Of a stretch of DNA of 64,000 nt, positions 1 to 7,965 are shown piece after piece (within the stretch, counting starts at the first letter, position 1; every line of letters starts with the position of its first letter). The notes under the pieces were generated by a model. It had not been told where the DNA came from. It saw only the letters and a program-made list of their open reading frames with translations, and made no database searches. The DNA comes from a virus, in the IMG/VR virus record IMGVR_UViG_3300027963_000039; one strand, written 5' to 3'. The translations under genes and the position numbers were made by a program.

Positions 1-64
1 TGTTGTGAGTGATTCAGATATTTCTGGATTACAGAAAAGTTCTTTAACAATTTGTATCAGGTAT

Positions 65-140
65 GCACCTATCGTCTAACGGTTAGGACGGCGCCCTTTC
101 AAGGCGTAAACGGCGGGTTCGATTCCCCCTAGGTGTACCA
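65..140 (+). tRNA. tRNA-Glu(TTC)
   Basis: Acceptor GCACCTA/TAGGTGT, anticodon loop CT-TTC-AA, GTTCGATT T-loop, encoded CCA. Confidence 0.92.
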
Positions 141-355
141 TATTAAAACGCATTGGGTTACCAAGCCAGTAGGTACCTTAGCAGAGAATTATTCCTAGTG
201 ACGGCTAGGCTCTGCTAAGACTACATGAAGCCTCCCGAGGGTGCTGGAACAACTTGGCAAGTAATGTGTGCGATAGACAAGTCCGTGGACGGCACGGTAG
301 GGCAGGTTCAAAACTGTTATTTCTATCAAACATCCTAATGTGTTTTAATATGGTA
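136..355 (+). ncRNA. Unassigned highly structured RNA (element A) in tRNA array
   Basis: ~22-bp closing stem (TACCATATTAAAACGCATTGGG / CCTAATGTGTTTTAATATGGTA) enclosing nested stems such as CTTAGCAGAG/CTCTGCTAAG, CCTAG/CTAGG, CCAAG/CTTGG, GATAGA/TCTATC and CCGTG/CACGG. Confidence 0.6.
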
Positions 356-479
356 TTAGATTAGTTGACGTAAGCCATGGGTAATCGTAACACCTGAGTA
401 ACTGCGTACATAAACGGTAAGGTGGCCACTAATTCCGTTGAGCGTAGCAAATAGTGCGTCAACTAATCTAATACCATAT
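348..479 (+). ncRNA. Unassigned structured RNA (element B) in tRNA array
   Basis: Perfect 23-bp inverted repeat 348-370 / 457-479 enclosing internal stems (AACGG/CCGTT, CTGCG/CGTAG); directly abuts tRNA-Tyr. Confidence 0.6.
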
Positions 480-572
480 GGAGTAATTGATGCTATGGCG
501 TGTGCATCGGCGGACTGTAAATCCGTCCCCTTGTGGTAAACATTCTTGGTTCGACTCCAAGTTACTCCACCA
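480..572 (+). tRNA. tRNA-Tyr(GTA)
   Basis: GGAGTAA/TTACTCC acceptor, CT-GTA-AA loop, long variable arm, GTTCGACT, CCA; atypical enlarged D arm. Confidence 0.88.
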
Positions 573-580
573 AAAATTAT

Positions 581-656
581 GTGGGTGTGCGCTGAAAGGC
601 TAGGCAACTGATTGCAAATCAGGACAATGCAGGTTCGATCCCTGTCACCCACTCCA
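581..656 (+). tRNA. tRNA-Cys(GCA)
   Basis: GTGGGTG/CACCCAC, TT-GCA-AA loop, U73 discriminator, CCA. Confidence 0.92.
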
Positions 657-774
657 GAGTCACACCATCAAGGTGTGCCAAACCAGCAATGCTGGCGTGT
701 AAAGCGGTGCATCAACGATGTACTTTCGGTATCCGCGTAAGAGATACGGCTAAAGTTCGTAATGCCAAATATTC

Positions 775-849
775 GGGGGATTGGTGCTAACGGGAACACA
801 TGTGCTTTGCAAGCATGAGTTAAGGGTTCGATTCCCTTATCCTCCACCA
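775..849 (+). tRNA. tRNA-Ala(TGC)
   Basis: GGGGGAT/ATCCTCC with G3:U70, TT-TGC-AA, CCA. Confidence 0.93.
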
Positions 850-857
850 AATTTTTT

Positions 858-932
858 ACCGCCTTAGTAAAATGAATATTACACATCGCTACGAACGATG
901 AAGTGGGAGTTTGATTCTCTCAGGCGGTACCA
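858..932 (+). tRNA. tRNA-Arg(ACG)
   Basis: ACCGCCT/AGGCGGT, CT-ACG-AA, T-loop TTTGATT, CCA. Confidence 0.85.
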
Positions 933-937
933 AGTAA

Positions 938-1011
938 GTCTCGCTGGTGTAATGGCAGCATGACGGTCTCCAAAACCGTTGGTTGGGGTTCGAGTCCCTA
1001 GCGGGGCGCCA
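938..1011 (+). tRNA. tRNA-Trp(CCA)
   Basis: GTCTCGC/GCGGGGC, CT-CCA-AA, GTTCGAGT, CCA. Confidence 0.92.
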
Positions 1012-1019
1012 GATTATTT

Positions 1020-1093
1020 GGGGGTATAACTTAGTGGTAAAGTAGTAGGCTTTTAACCTATTAACCGGAGTTCAATTCTCCGTGCCCCTACCA
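1020..1093 (+). tRNA. tRNA-Lys(TTT)
   Basis: GGGGGTA/TGCCCCT, CT-TTT-AA, GTTCAATT, CCA. Confidence 0.92.
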
Positions 1094-1097
1094 GATT

Positions 1098-1172
1098 GGT
1101 CTCAAAGTGTTCATGGACGCACATATGCCTGTCACGCATAAAGAAGGGGATCGTTACCCCTTGAGACCGCCA
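1098..1172 (+). tRNA. tRNA-Asp(GTC)
   Basis: GGTCTCA/TGAGACC, CT-GTC-AC, G73, CCA; non-canonical T-loop ATCGTTA. Confidence 0.87.
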
Positions 1173-1177
1173 AATGA

Positions 1178-1253
1178 CGCGGTGTATGGAAGTGGTCATC
1201 CGTTTGGTCTCATAAGCCAAGAATCGCAGGTTCGAATCCTGCCACCGCAACCA
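1178..1253 (+). tRNA. tRNA-Met(CAT), initiator-like
   Basis: C1:A72 mismatch, CT-CAT-AA, GTTCGAAT, CCA. Confidence 0.88.
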
Positions 1254-1258
1254 GTTTT

Positions 1259-1314
1259 AGGATACTTTCAGCAATCAAATAACTTTAATGGAAATAAAGC
1301 AAAAAGAGTATCCT
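1259..1314 (+). ncRNA. Small hairpin RNA carrying an anticodon-like stem-loop (GGA)
   Basis: AGGATACT/AGTATCCT closing stem, CAGCAA motif, inner 5-bp stem CTTTA/TAAAG with 7-nt loop A-T-GGA-A-A. Confidence 0.45.
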
Positions 1315-1321
1315 GTTAGTT

Positions 1322-1439
1322 TTGTAAATGCTGTTTACAGCAACCGAGTTACAAGTTTAGGGTTGAGGCTCTAATATCGAAAGATAATTAGTTTACTAAT
1401 ACCGTGTTACAAGTGAAGGGTTGAGGCTCTTCTTTACAA
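1322..1439 (+). repeat. Two 30-nt direct repeats with covarying hairpins (probable ncRNA)
   Basis: 1343-1372 and 1401-1430 are 27/30 identical; hairpins TTAGGG-ttgagg-CTCTAA vs GAAGGG-ttgagg-CTCTTC show compensatory changes; whole unit closed by TTGTAAA/TTTACAA. Confidence 0.65.
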
Positions 1440-1448
1440 TTTTATTAT

Positions 1449-1523
1449 TCCAGAGTAGCACAGCGGTAGTGCAGTTGACTGTTAATCAATTGGTCGTAGG
1501 TTCGATCCCTGCCTCTGGAGCCA
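1449..1523 (+). tRNA. tRNA-Asn(GTT)
   Basis: TCCAGAG/CTCTGGA, CT-GTT-AA, GTTCGATC, CCA. Confidence 0.93.
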
Positions 1524-1530
1524 TATATAA

Positions 1531-1605
1531 GGTGATGTAGCACAATGGTAGTGCATTTCCTTCATACGGAAGAGGTTGGGGGCTCGAATCCCTCCATCAC
1601 CACCA
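1531..1605 (+). tRNA. tRNA-Met(CAT), elongator-like
   Basis: GGTGATG/CATCACC, TT-CAT-AC, CCA. Confidence 0.85.
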
Positions 1606-1610
1606 GTTTC

Positions 1611-1684
1611 GCCCTATTAGTATAATGGTATTACGCCTGTTTTGTAATCAGGTTACGGCAGTTCGATTCTGTCATGGGGCACCA
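1611..1684 (+). tRNA. tRNA-Thr(TGT)
   Basis: GCCCTAT/ATGGGGC, TT-TGT-AA, GTTCGATT, CCA. Confidence 0.92.
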
Positions 1685-1709
1685 ATTATAAACATTTATA
1701 GGTAGTGTT

Positions 1710-2353
1710 ATGAAACAAATGGCATTATATCTACGCCATCCCAAGGCTTCACGAGATTGTGTATATGCTATGGTTGATGCACTTTCATCAAATTACCAAA
1801 TAAGAATATTTAATGAAAGTGAGTTAGATGATGATGATTTTTTTGATAACATCGACATTATTGCTTTTCCTGGTGGAATTGGTGATAGTGACACATATCC
1901 TAATTTCTTCACTAGAACAAGAGCGAATCGAATCGCCAACTTCATATCAAATGGTGGTTGTTATCTTGGTATCTGCATGGGTGCTTATTGGGCTGGAAGT
2001 CGTTATTTTGATATACTCAATGATGTAAATCCGGAACAGTATATTAAAAGACCAAATGCAACTGTCCGTAGAAGTTATGGAACAGTTGCTGATGTAGAAT
2101 GGAATGGTTCAAAAGAACAAATGTATTTTTATGATGGTTGTGCATTGATTGGTGATAAAAACAAATTCAAAACAATCGCACAATATGCCAATGGTGATCC
2201 AATGGCAATCATACAGGGAAGAATAGGATTGATAGGTTGCCATCCAGAAGCACCTTTGTATTGGTATGAGAAACCATGGCAATACATAAACAAACATTGG
2301 AATGGTGGAAGACACCATAAACTATTATTAGATTTTGTAAATGAATTAACTAT

Positions 2354-2363
<10 letters not shown>
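1710..2363 (+). CDS. Class I glutamine amidotransferase-like protein (biotin-protein ligase N-terminal/BPL_N type)
   Basis: IAFPGG, YLGICMGAY nucleophile elbow, C-terminal HPE (Cys-His-Glu triad). Confidence 0.75.
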
Positions 2364-2430
<67 letters not shown>

Positions 2431-2436
2431 ATTAAT

Positions 2437-2512
2437 GGGGGATTAGCTCAGCTGGGAGAGCAGTAGCTTTGCAAGCTAAAGGTCAACGGTTCGATCCCGT
2501 TATCCTCCACCA
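2437..2512 (+). tRNA. tRNA-Ala(TGC), second copy
   Basis: GGGGGAT/ATCCTCC, G3:U70, TT-TGC-AA, CCA. Confidence 0.93.
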
Positions 2513-2515
2513 ATC

Positions 2516-2592
2516 GCCTCAATAGCTCATTCGGTTAGAGCACCGTCTTGATAAGGCGGGGGTGCCTAGTTCGAATCTAGGTTGAGGCACCA
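2516..2592 (+). tRNA. tRNA-Ile(GAT)
   Basis: GCCTCAA/TTGAGGC, TT-GAT-AA, CCA. Confidence 0.92.
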
Positions 2593-2596
2593 ATAT

Positions 2597-2670
2597 ATCT
2601 CGATAGTGTAACGGCAGCATACCGGTCTCCAAAACCGTTGGTCGGGGTTCAAATCCCTGTCGGGATGCCA
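2597..2670 (+). tRNA. tRNA-Trp(CCA), second copy
   Basis: ATCTCGA/TCGGGAT, CT-CCA-AA, CCA. Confidence 0.9.
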
Positions 2671-2673
2671 AAT

Positions 2674-2747
2674 GCGGAGTTAGTTTAATGGTAAAACTGT
2701 AGATTTCCAATCTTCCGTTGAGAGTTCGATTCTCTCACTCCGCTCCA
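2674..2747 (+). tRNA. tRNA-Gly(TCC)
   Basis: GCGGAGT/ACTCCGC, TT-TCC-AA, U73, CCA. Confidence 0.92.
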
Positions 2748-2767
2748 ATTATAAGAAGGACATTATC

Positions 2768-3238
2768 ATGCGTAAATTAAATTTAGACAACGTTATTTCT
2801 TTCATTGAACAGCAATCACCTGAAACCAAAGTTTATATTGGTTGTGATTCTGAAAGATTAATGGTTGATGGAATTCCTTATGCAGATTACGTTCTTGCTA
2901 TCGTAGTACATATTAATGGAAATAATGGATGCAAAATTTTTGGTGAAGTTATTCGTGAAAGAGATTTTGACCAGAAACGAAGTAAACCTAGATATAGATT
3001 AATGAATGAAGTTTACAAAGTTTCAGAGTTGTATTTGAAACTTGCAAATGTTCTAGTTGATCGTGATATTGAAGTGCATTTGGACATTAATCCAAATGAA
3101 ATGCACGAATCGTCTTGTGTCATTAATGAAGCTGTTGGATATATAAAAGGAACGTGCAATGTTATTCCTTTAGTTAAACCCGAAGCCTTTGCTGCTACGT
3201 ATGCAGCAGACAGATTTAAGACACTAAAAGCAGCATAA
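2768..3238 (+). CDS. RNase H-like YkuK/DUF458-family protein
   Basis: VYIGCDS, RLMNEV, IEVHLDIN and AAD motifs; embedded in tRNA array. Confidence 0.75.
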   Translation: MRKLNLDNVISFIEQQSPETKVYIGCDSERLMVDGIPYADYVLAIVVHINGNNGCKIFGEVIRERDFDQKRSKPRYRLMNEVYKVSELYLKLANVLVDRDIEVHLDINPNEMHESSCVINEAVGYIKGTCNVIPLVKPEAFAATYAADRFKTLKAA

Positions 3239-3243
3239 CAAAT

Positions 3244-3319
3244 GCGGGAATAGCTCAGTTGGTAGAGCACTTCCTTGCCAAGGAAGATGTCGAGAGTTCG
3301 AACCTCTTTTCCCGCTCCA
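3244..3319 (+). tRNA. tRNA-Gly(GCC)
   Basis: GCGGGAA/TTCCCGC, TT-GCC-AA, canonical D and T loops. Confidence 0.95.
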
Positions 3320-3374
3320 ATTAACAAAACCCCAAAAGCCTATCACAGAAGCTCAAACCTTGAGGTTACTTTAT

Positions 3375-3450
3375 GGTGTCTTTAGTGTAGTGGCCTGCAC
3401 CCTGCTCTGTGAAAGCGGTAGTACCGGATCGATACCGGTAAGACACCCCA
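3375..3450 (+). tRNA. tRNA-His(GTG)
   Basis: G-1 plus GTGTCTT/AAGACAC, C73, CT-GTG-AA, CCA. Confidence 0.9.
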
Positions 3451-3455
3451 TTTTC

Positions 3456-3533
<78 letters not shown>

Positions 3534-3550
3534 AATTTACCAAAAATAAC

Positions 3551-3579
3551 TTGACAAAGCGATATAAGTATAGTAGAAT
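3551..3579 (+). promoter_or_regulatory. sigma70-type promoter
   Basis: TTGACA-17 nt-TAGAAT. Confidence 0.75.
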
Positions 3580-3588
3580 GATATAAAT

Positions 3589-3655
3589 GCGGTGTGTAAT
3601 AGTACGGCGTAGGATTCCCTCTTACGTTACCTGAGCAAAGCAGAACACCGCTCCA
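3589..3655 (+). ncRNA. D-armless tRNA-Gly-like RNA
   Basis: GCGGTGT/ACACCGC + U73 + CCA; 9-bp stem GGCGTAGGA/TCTTACGTT with TTCCC loop; short T-like arm CTG-AGCAAAG-CAG; no D stem. Confidence 0.65.
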
Positions 3656-3676
3656 TTTCTATTAAAGGCTTTCAAC

Positions 3677-3922
3677 ATGAATTTAAAACCAACTGCATCA
3701 AACGTATATATTACCAGAATCGCTTCAGAGAAGCAAACATCTTCTGGTATTATTTTAAAAAGTTCCGAAGAGCCTGATAAAGCAAGAGTCGAATCTATCG
3801 GCAAAGATGTAACCGATCTTTCTATCGGTGATATCATTCTTGTTAATTGGAACAAAGCAATTAAAATTGAAAAAGAATCATACATCATCCCATCAGAAGA
3901 TGTGGTTTTGGTGTTCGAATAA
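3677..3922 (+). CDS. groES: GroES-like co-chaperonin
   Basis: LKP...TSSGIIL mobile loop, ARVESIG, IGDIIL. Confidence 0.85.
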   Translation: MNLKPTASNVYITRIASEKQTSSGIILKSSEEPDKARVESIGKDVTDLSIGDIILVNWNKAIKIEKESYIIPSEDVVLVFE

Positions 3923-3927
3923 AATAT

Positions 3928-4002
3928 AGCGGGGTAGCGCAGTAGTAGAGCACCGGGCTCATAATCCGGAGGTCGGTGGTGCGATTCCACCTCCCGCAAC
4001 CA
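3928..4002 (+). tRNA. tRNA-fMet(CAT), second initiator-like
   Basis: 1:72 mismatch (A:A), CCGGG/TCCGG anticodon stem, CT-CAT-AA, CCA. Confidence 0.85.
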
Positions 4003-4022
4003 AATAAAGAAAGAGATATAAA

Positions 4023-4334
4023 ATGGAAATCTTGGCACTCAAATTAATTACTGGCGAAGATGTTTTGGGTGAAGTTGAATCTCAATCCGAAACCGAATTT
4101 GTAATTTGTAATCCTGTTGGAATCTCTATCGTTCGAGGTAAAGATGGCCAACCCAACGTAGGATTCTCACCTTTTCCACTACACGCTGAACAAAAAACAG
4201 GCACAACTATTGCCTTGGCGAAGAAAAATGTAGTATATTCATACACTCCTGCGGAAGATTTTATTTCAAATTACAATCAAATTTTTGGTTCAGGTATTAT
4301 TCTTCCGCAAACTAAATCATTGATTACGGGATAA
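4023..4334 (+). CDS. Conserved T4-like phage small protein (Sm-like fold suspected)
   Basis: LKLITGEDVLGEV...YNQIFGSGIILP pattern; RBS; precedes DNA polymerase. Confidence 0.6.
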   Translation: MEILALKLITGEDVLGEVESQSETEFVICNPVGISIVRGKDGQPNVGFSPFPLHAEQKTGTTIALAKKNVVYSYTPAEDFISNYNQIFGSGIILPQTKSLITG

Positions 4335-4337
4335 CAG

Positions 4338-6875
4338 TTGAGTTCTAATTTTTATACTAATGTACAATGCTTCGGTAATCACATACTTTATCGTGGCATT
4401 AAAGATGGAAAAAGAGTCAAAGAGAGGGTAGATTATTCACCCTCTCTTTATGTTCCATCCAAACGTATAACAAATTTTACCTCACTTGAAGGTGTATATC
4501 TCGACCAGAAAACATTTGAAACAATACGTGAGTCCCGTGATTACATTAAACAATTTGAAAGTGTTCAAAATGCTCCGAAGATTTATGGTCAAACTCGATT
4601 CGAATATGCGTTCATTGCGGATCAACATCGAGGTATGGTTGATTATGAACAGGATAAAATATCGATTGCGGTAGTTGATATTGAAGTTGGTTCTGAAAAT
4701 GGATTTCCTGATCCATACGAAGCGAATGAACCAATCACAGCTATTTGTATCAAGTACATCAATGGCGACACATATGTTTTCGGTTGCGGAATATATGAAA
4801 CAAAAGGCAAAGAAATTTATGTAAAGTGTAGGGACGAATACTCACTTTGCAAACAGTTCATGGCTTTGTGGACTAAAAAGTGTCCTGATATTCTCACTGG
4901 TTGGAATACAAAGTTCTTTGATGAACCTTACATTATCAATCGTTTCCGTAAAATTCTCGGTGAAGATGAAACCAAAAAATTGTCTCCATGGAATTACATC
5001 GGAGAAAGAAACACCTTTGTAAACAATCGTTCAATGATTGCTTATAATTTGATGGGTGTCGAATCACTCGACTACATCGAACTGTACAAATGGTATGCGC
5101 CAGGTGGCAAATCACAAGAATCATATCGTCTAGATGCCATTGCTCAAGTTGAATTGGGTGAAGGTAAAATTTCTTATGACGAATACGATAATCTACATTC
5201 ACTTTATCGTTTGAATTTTCAAAAGTTTATTGAATATAACATCAAAGACGTTGAACTGATTATCAAGTTAGAAGAAAAACTTAAACTCATCGAATTGGCA
5301 GTTACACTTGCGTATGATACCAAGACAAACTATCAAGATGTGTTTGCACAAACCCGTATGTGGGATTCAATGACATATGCCTATCTATTTGAGAAAGGCA
5401 TTATTGTTCCTCCACGTATCGTCAAAGAAAAAGATTCCGCATTTGAAGGTGCATATGTTAAAATACCTCAGGTGGGATTGCATGATTGGGTGGCATCTTT
5501 TGACTTAAACAGTCTATATCCTCATTTGATGATGCAGTATAATATCTCGCCCGAAACATTGATTGAACCACAAGATTACACGGATGAAATGCGTGAGGTT
5601 CTTTCACAAGGAATTTCTGTTGAAAAACTGTTGAAAAAACAAATCAATACTTCAAGTTTACAAAAGGCAACACTAACACCTAACGGTCAATTTTTCCGTA
5701 CAGATATTCAAGGCTTCTTGCCTAAGATGATGGAAGAAATGTACGAAGATCGGAAAAAGTTTAAAAAGTTGATGCTTCAGGCTAAACAGGAATATGAAAA
5801 TGAATCTGACGGATCCAAAAAATATGAAATCGAAAAACGAATTGCCAAGTATAACAACATACAACTTGCAAAGAAGGTTTCTCTCAATTCTGCTTATGGT
5901 GCTCTTGGTTCTCAGTATTTCAGATTTTATGATTTGCGTATGGCTCTTGGTGTTACTACTGCTGGCCAGTTGTCTATTCGGTGGATTGAAAACAAAATAA
6001 ATGAGTACATGAACAAATTGCTCAGTACAGATAAAGATTATGTAATCGCTTCTGATACTGATTCGATTTATCTACGCATGGGTGAATTGGTGAATAAGTT
6101 CATCAAAGATACTTCTGACAAACAGAAGGTGATTTCTCTCATGGATAAAATTTGCGAAGAAAAACTACAACCATATATCGATAAATCATATAAAGAGTTG
6201 GCAGATTACGTACACGCTTACCAGCAAAAGATGGAGATGAAACGTGAAGGTTTATCTGACAAAGGTATCTGGACAGCCAAGAAGCGTTATATCCTAAACG
6301 TGTACAATAACGAAGGTGTTCAGTATAAAGAACCACAGATGAAAGTTATGGGTTTGGAGATGATTAAATCTTCAACTCCTTTTTCTATTCGTGAGAAGAT
6401 GAAAGAAGCAATCGAACTCATGGTAAATGGTACACAAGAAGATATACACACATTTATTGCCAGTTTCAGAAAAGATTTCAAAGAGTTACCAGCTGAAGAA
6501 ATTTCTTTCCCTAGAGGTCTGAACGGACTAAACACTTACTCGGATGCTGTCACACTATATAAAAAGGGAACACCGATTCACGTTAAAGGTGCTATACTAT
6601 ATAATCATTACCTTAAACAAAAAGATTTAACTAAAAAATATCCGCTCATCCAAGAAGGCGAAAAACTAAAATTTACTTATCTGAAAATGCCTAACCCATT
6701 TAAAGATACCGTTATATCATACCCGTCACGTTTACCTAAAGAGTTCGAATTACAGGAATACATTGATTATGATATGCAATTTGATAAGGCCTTTTTAGAA
6801 CCGATTAAAGTGATTCTAGATTGTATGGGTTGGTCTACCGAAAAAACAAGTTCCATCGAGGATTTCTTTGTATGA
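4338..6875 (+). CDS. gp43: Family B DNA polymerase (T4 gp43-like)
   Basis: Exo DIE, SFDLNSLYP, KVSLNSAYG, SDTDS, KKRY; C-terminal clamp-binding SIEDFF; TTG start. Confidence 0.98.
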   Translation: MSSNFYTNVQCFGNHILYRGIKDGKRVKERVDYSPSLYVPSKRITNFTSLEGVYLDQKTFETIRESRDYIKQFESVQNAPKIYGQTRFEYAFIADQHRGMVDYEQDKISIAVVDIEVGSENGFPDPYEANEPITAICIKYINGDTYVFGCGIYETKGKEIYVKCRDEYSLCKQFMALWTKKCPDILTGWNTKFFDEPYIINRFRKILGEDETKKLSPWNYIGERNTFVNNRSMIAYNLMGVESLDYIELYKWYAPGGKSQESYRLDAIAQVELGEGKISYDEYDNLHSLYRLNFQKFIEYNIKDVELIIKLEEKLKLIELAVTLAYDTKTNYQDVFAQTRMWDSMTYAYLFEKGIIVPPRIVKEKDSAFEGAYVKIPQVGLHDWVASFDLNSLYPHLMMQYNISPETLIEPQDYTDEMREVLSQGISVEKLLKKQINTSSLQKATLTPNGQFFRTDIQGFLPKMMEEMYEDRKKFKKLMLQAKQEYENESDGSKKYEIEKRIAKYNNIQLAKKVSLNSAYGALGSQYFRFYDLRMALGVTTAGQLSIRWIENKINEYMNKLLSTDKDYVIASDTDSIYLRMGELVNKFIKDTSDKQKVISLMDKICEEKLQPYIDKSYKELADYVHAYQQKMEMKREGLSDKGIWTAKKRYILNVYNNEGVQYKEPQMKVMGLEMIKSSTPFSIREKMKEAIELMVNGTQEDIHTFIASFRKDFKELPAEEISFPRGLNGLNTYSDAVTLYKKGTPIHVKGAILYNHYLKQKDLTKKYPLIQEGEKLKFTYLKMPNPFKDTVISYPSRLPKEFELQEYIDYDMQFDKAFLEPIKVILDCMGWSTEKTSSIEDFFV

Positions 6876-7960
6876 TATACATAACACTACTTTCAGCAAT
6901 ATTACTATCCGGTATTGCAGCATATTATTCCATTATCGGTCTTGCTGCTATTTTTACTGGCGCATTTTGGCCTATTGTTTTCATGGGTTCTGTACTCGAA
7001 CTTAGTAAACTAGTTACGACTTCTTGGTTGTATAGAAACTGGAAAACTTGTCCAATTTTACTCAAAACATATTTGACTACCGCTGTTGTTATATTGATGT
7101 TGATTACCAGTATGGGTATTTTTGGATTTTTATCTAAATCACATATTGATTCTACACTGGATGCTGGTGCTAACTCAGTTGAAATCAAAACACTAACACA
7201 ACAAGAAAAAATCACCAAAGAAAGATTGGAATATTTGCTTGCTCGTGCTAAAGATCCATCAACCGCAAGTAATAAACTAGACAGACAAATCCAAGATACA
7301 CAAAAAGAATTAAAAGAAATTGCAAATAAAAAACTACCACTCCTGCGTGAAGAAAATAAATTAATTGCAGAAGTTGGGCCAATCAAATATGTTGGTGAAA
7401 TGGTATATGGTAGTGAAGATGATAATGCCATCGATAAAGCAGTTCGTTTGGTAATCATGTTGATCATGGTTGTATTTGACCCTCTAGCTGTGTTATTATT
7501 AATAGCAGCAAATATGTCCATGAAAAAACCAGAAGTTGAAGAAGAAATCAAAGAAGAAACACCAGATCCATATGTTGCTGATGTAGGAGAAAAACCAACC
7601 GAAGAAGAATTGCAACCTGAAGTAATTTTGACCGAAGAAAAAATAATTGAAATGGCAAATGAGATAAACGATAAAATACAAGAACTCAATAATAATATTG
7701 CCAAGATGAATGAAAACAAAGATGAATCGACCATCAATGTTGACAAAGAAAACGTAACAACAATAGAAGAAAATAAACCAGAACCATTTGCATATGATCC
7801 TGTGACAGATGAAGAAGTTGTTTTAGAACCGGTTAGCAGAGAAGAACATCATGCTCCTGGCGTATACACCGAACACCATGAGGTTGTTGAGGTAAAAAAA
7901 AAGTTGGAACCAAAATATGATTATACTGCTGAGTACGCTTTTAAAGAAAAAGAAAAATAA
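6872..7960 (+). CDS. Membrane protein with coiled coil and acidic C-terminal tail
   Basis: Three N-terminal hydrophobic helices, coiled coil, EVGPIKY...FDPLAVLLLIA helix; ATGA overlap with gp43. Confidence 0.7.
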   Translation: MIYITLLSAILLSGIAAYYSIIGLAAIFTGAFWPIVFMGSVLELSKLVTTSWLYRNWKTCPILLKTYLTTAVVILMLITSMGIFGFLSKSHIDSTLDAGANSVEIKTLTQQEKITKERLEYLLARAKDPSTASNKLDRQIQDTQKELKEIANKKLPLLREENKLIAEVGPIKYVGEMVYGSEDDNAIDKAVRLVIMLIMVVFDPLAVLLLIAANMSMKKPEVEEEIKEETPDPYVADVGEKPTEEELQPEVILTEEKIIEMANEINDKIQELNNNIAKMNENKDESTINVDKENVTTIEENKPEPFAYDPVTDEEVVLEPVSREEHHAPGVYTEHHEVVEVKKKLEPKYDYTAEYAFKEKEK

Positions 7961-7965
7961 ATTTC

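Noticed and set aside
361-430. Permuted twister-like ribozyme (TAAGC, CACC-T-GAGTAAC, TAA-GGTG-GC fragments)
   Set aside because: P1 and the T1 pseudoknot do not pair convincingly by eye; needs a covariance-model search
1343-1430. CRISPR array
   Set aside because: Only two repeats, no cas genes in the window, and stem covariation between copies fits a structured RNA better; kept as an ncRNA finding
3589-3655. tmRNA acceptor piece
   Set aside because: Lacks the G3:U70 alanine determinant and a tag reading frame; identity elements are glycine-type
6925-7746. 273-aa minus-strand ORF
   Set aside because: Antisense shadow of the Glu/Lys-rich + strand gene (Ser/Phe/Ile-rich); no other evidence of minus-strand genes
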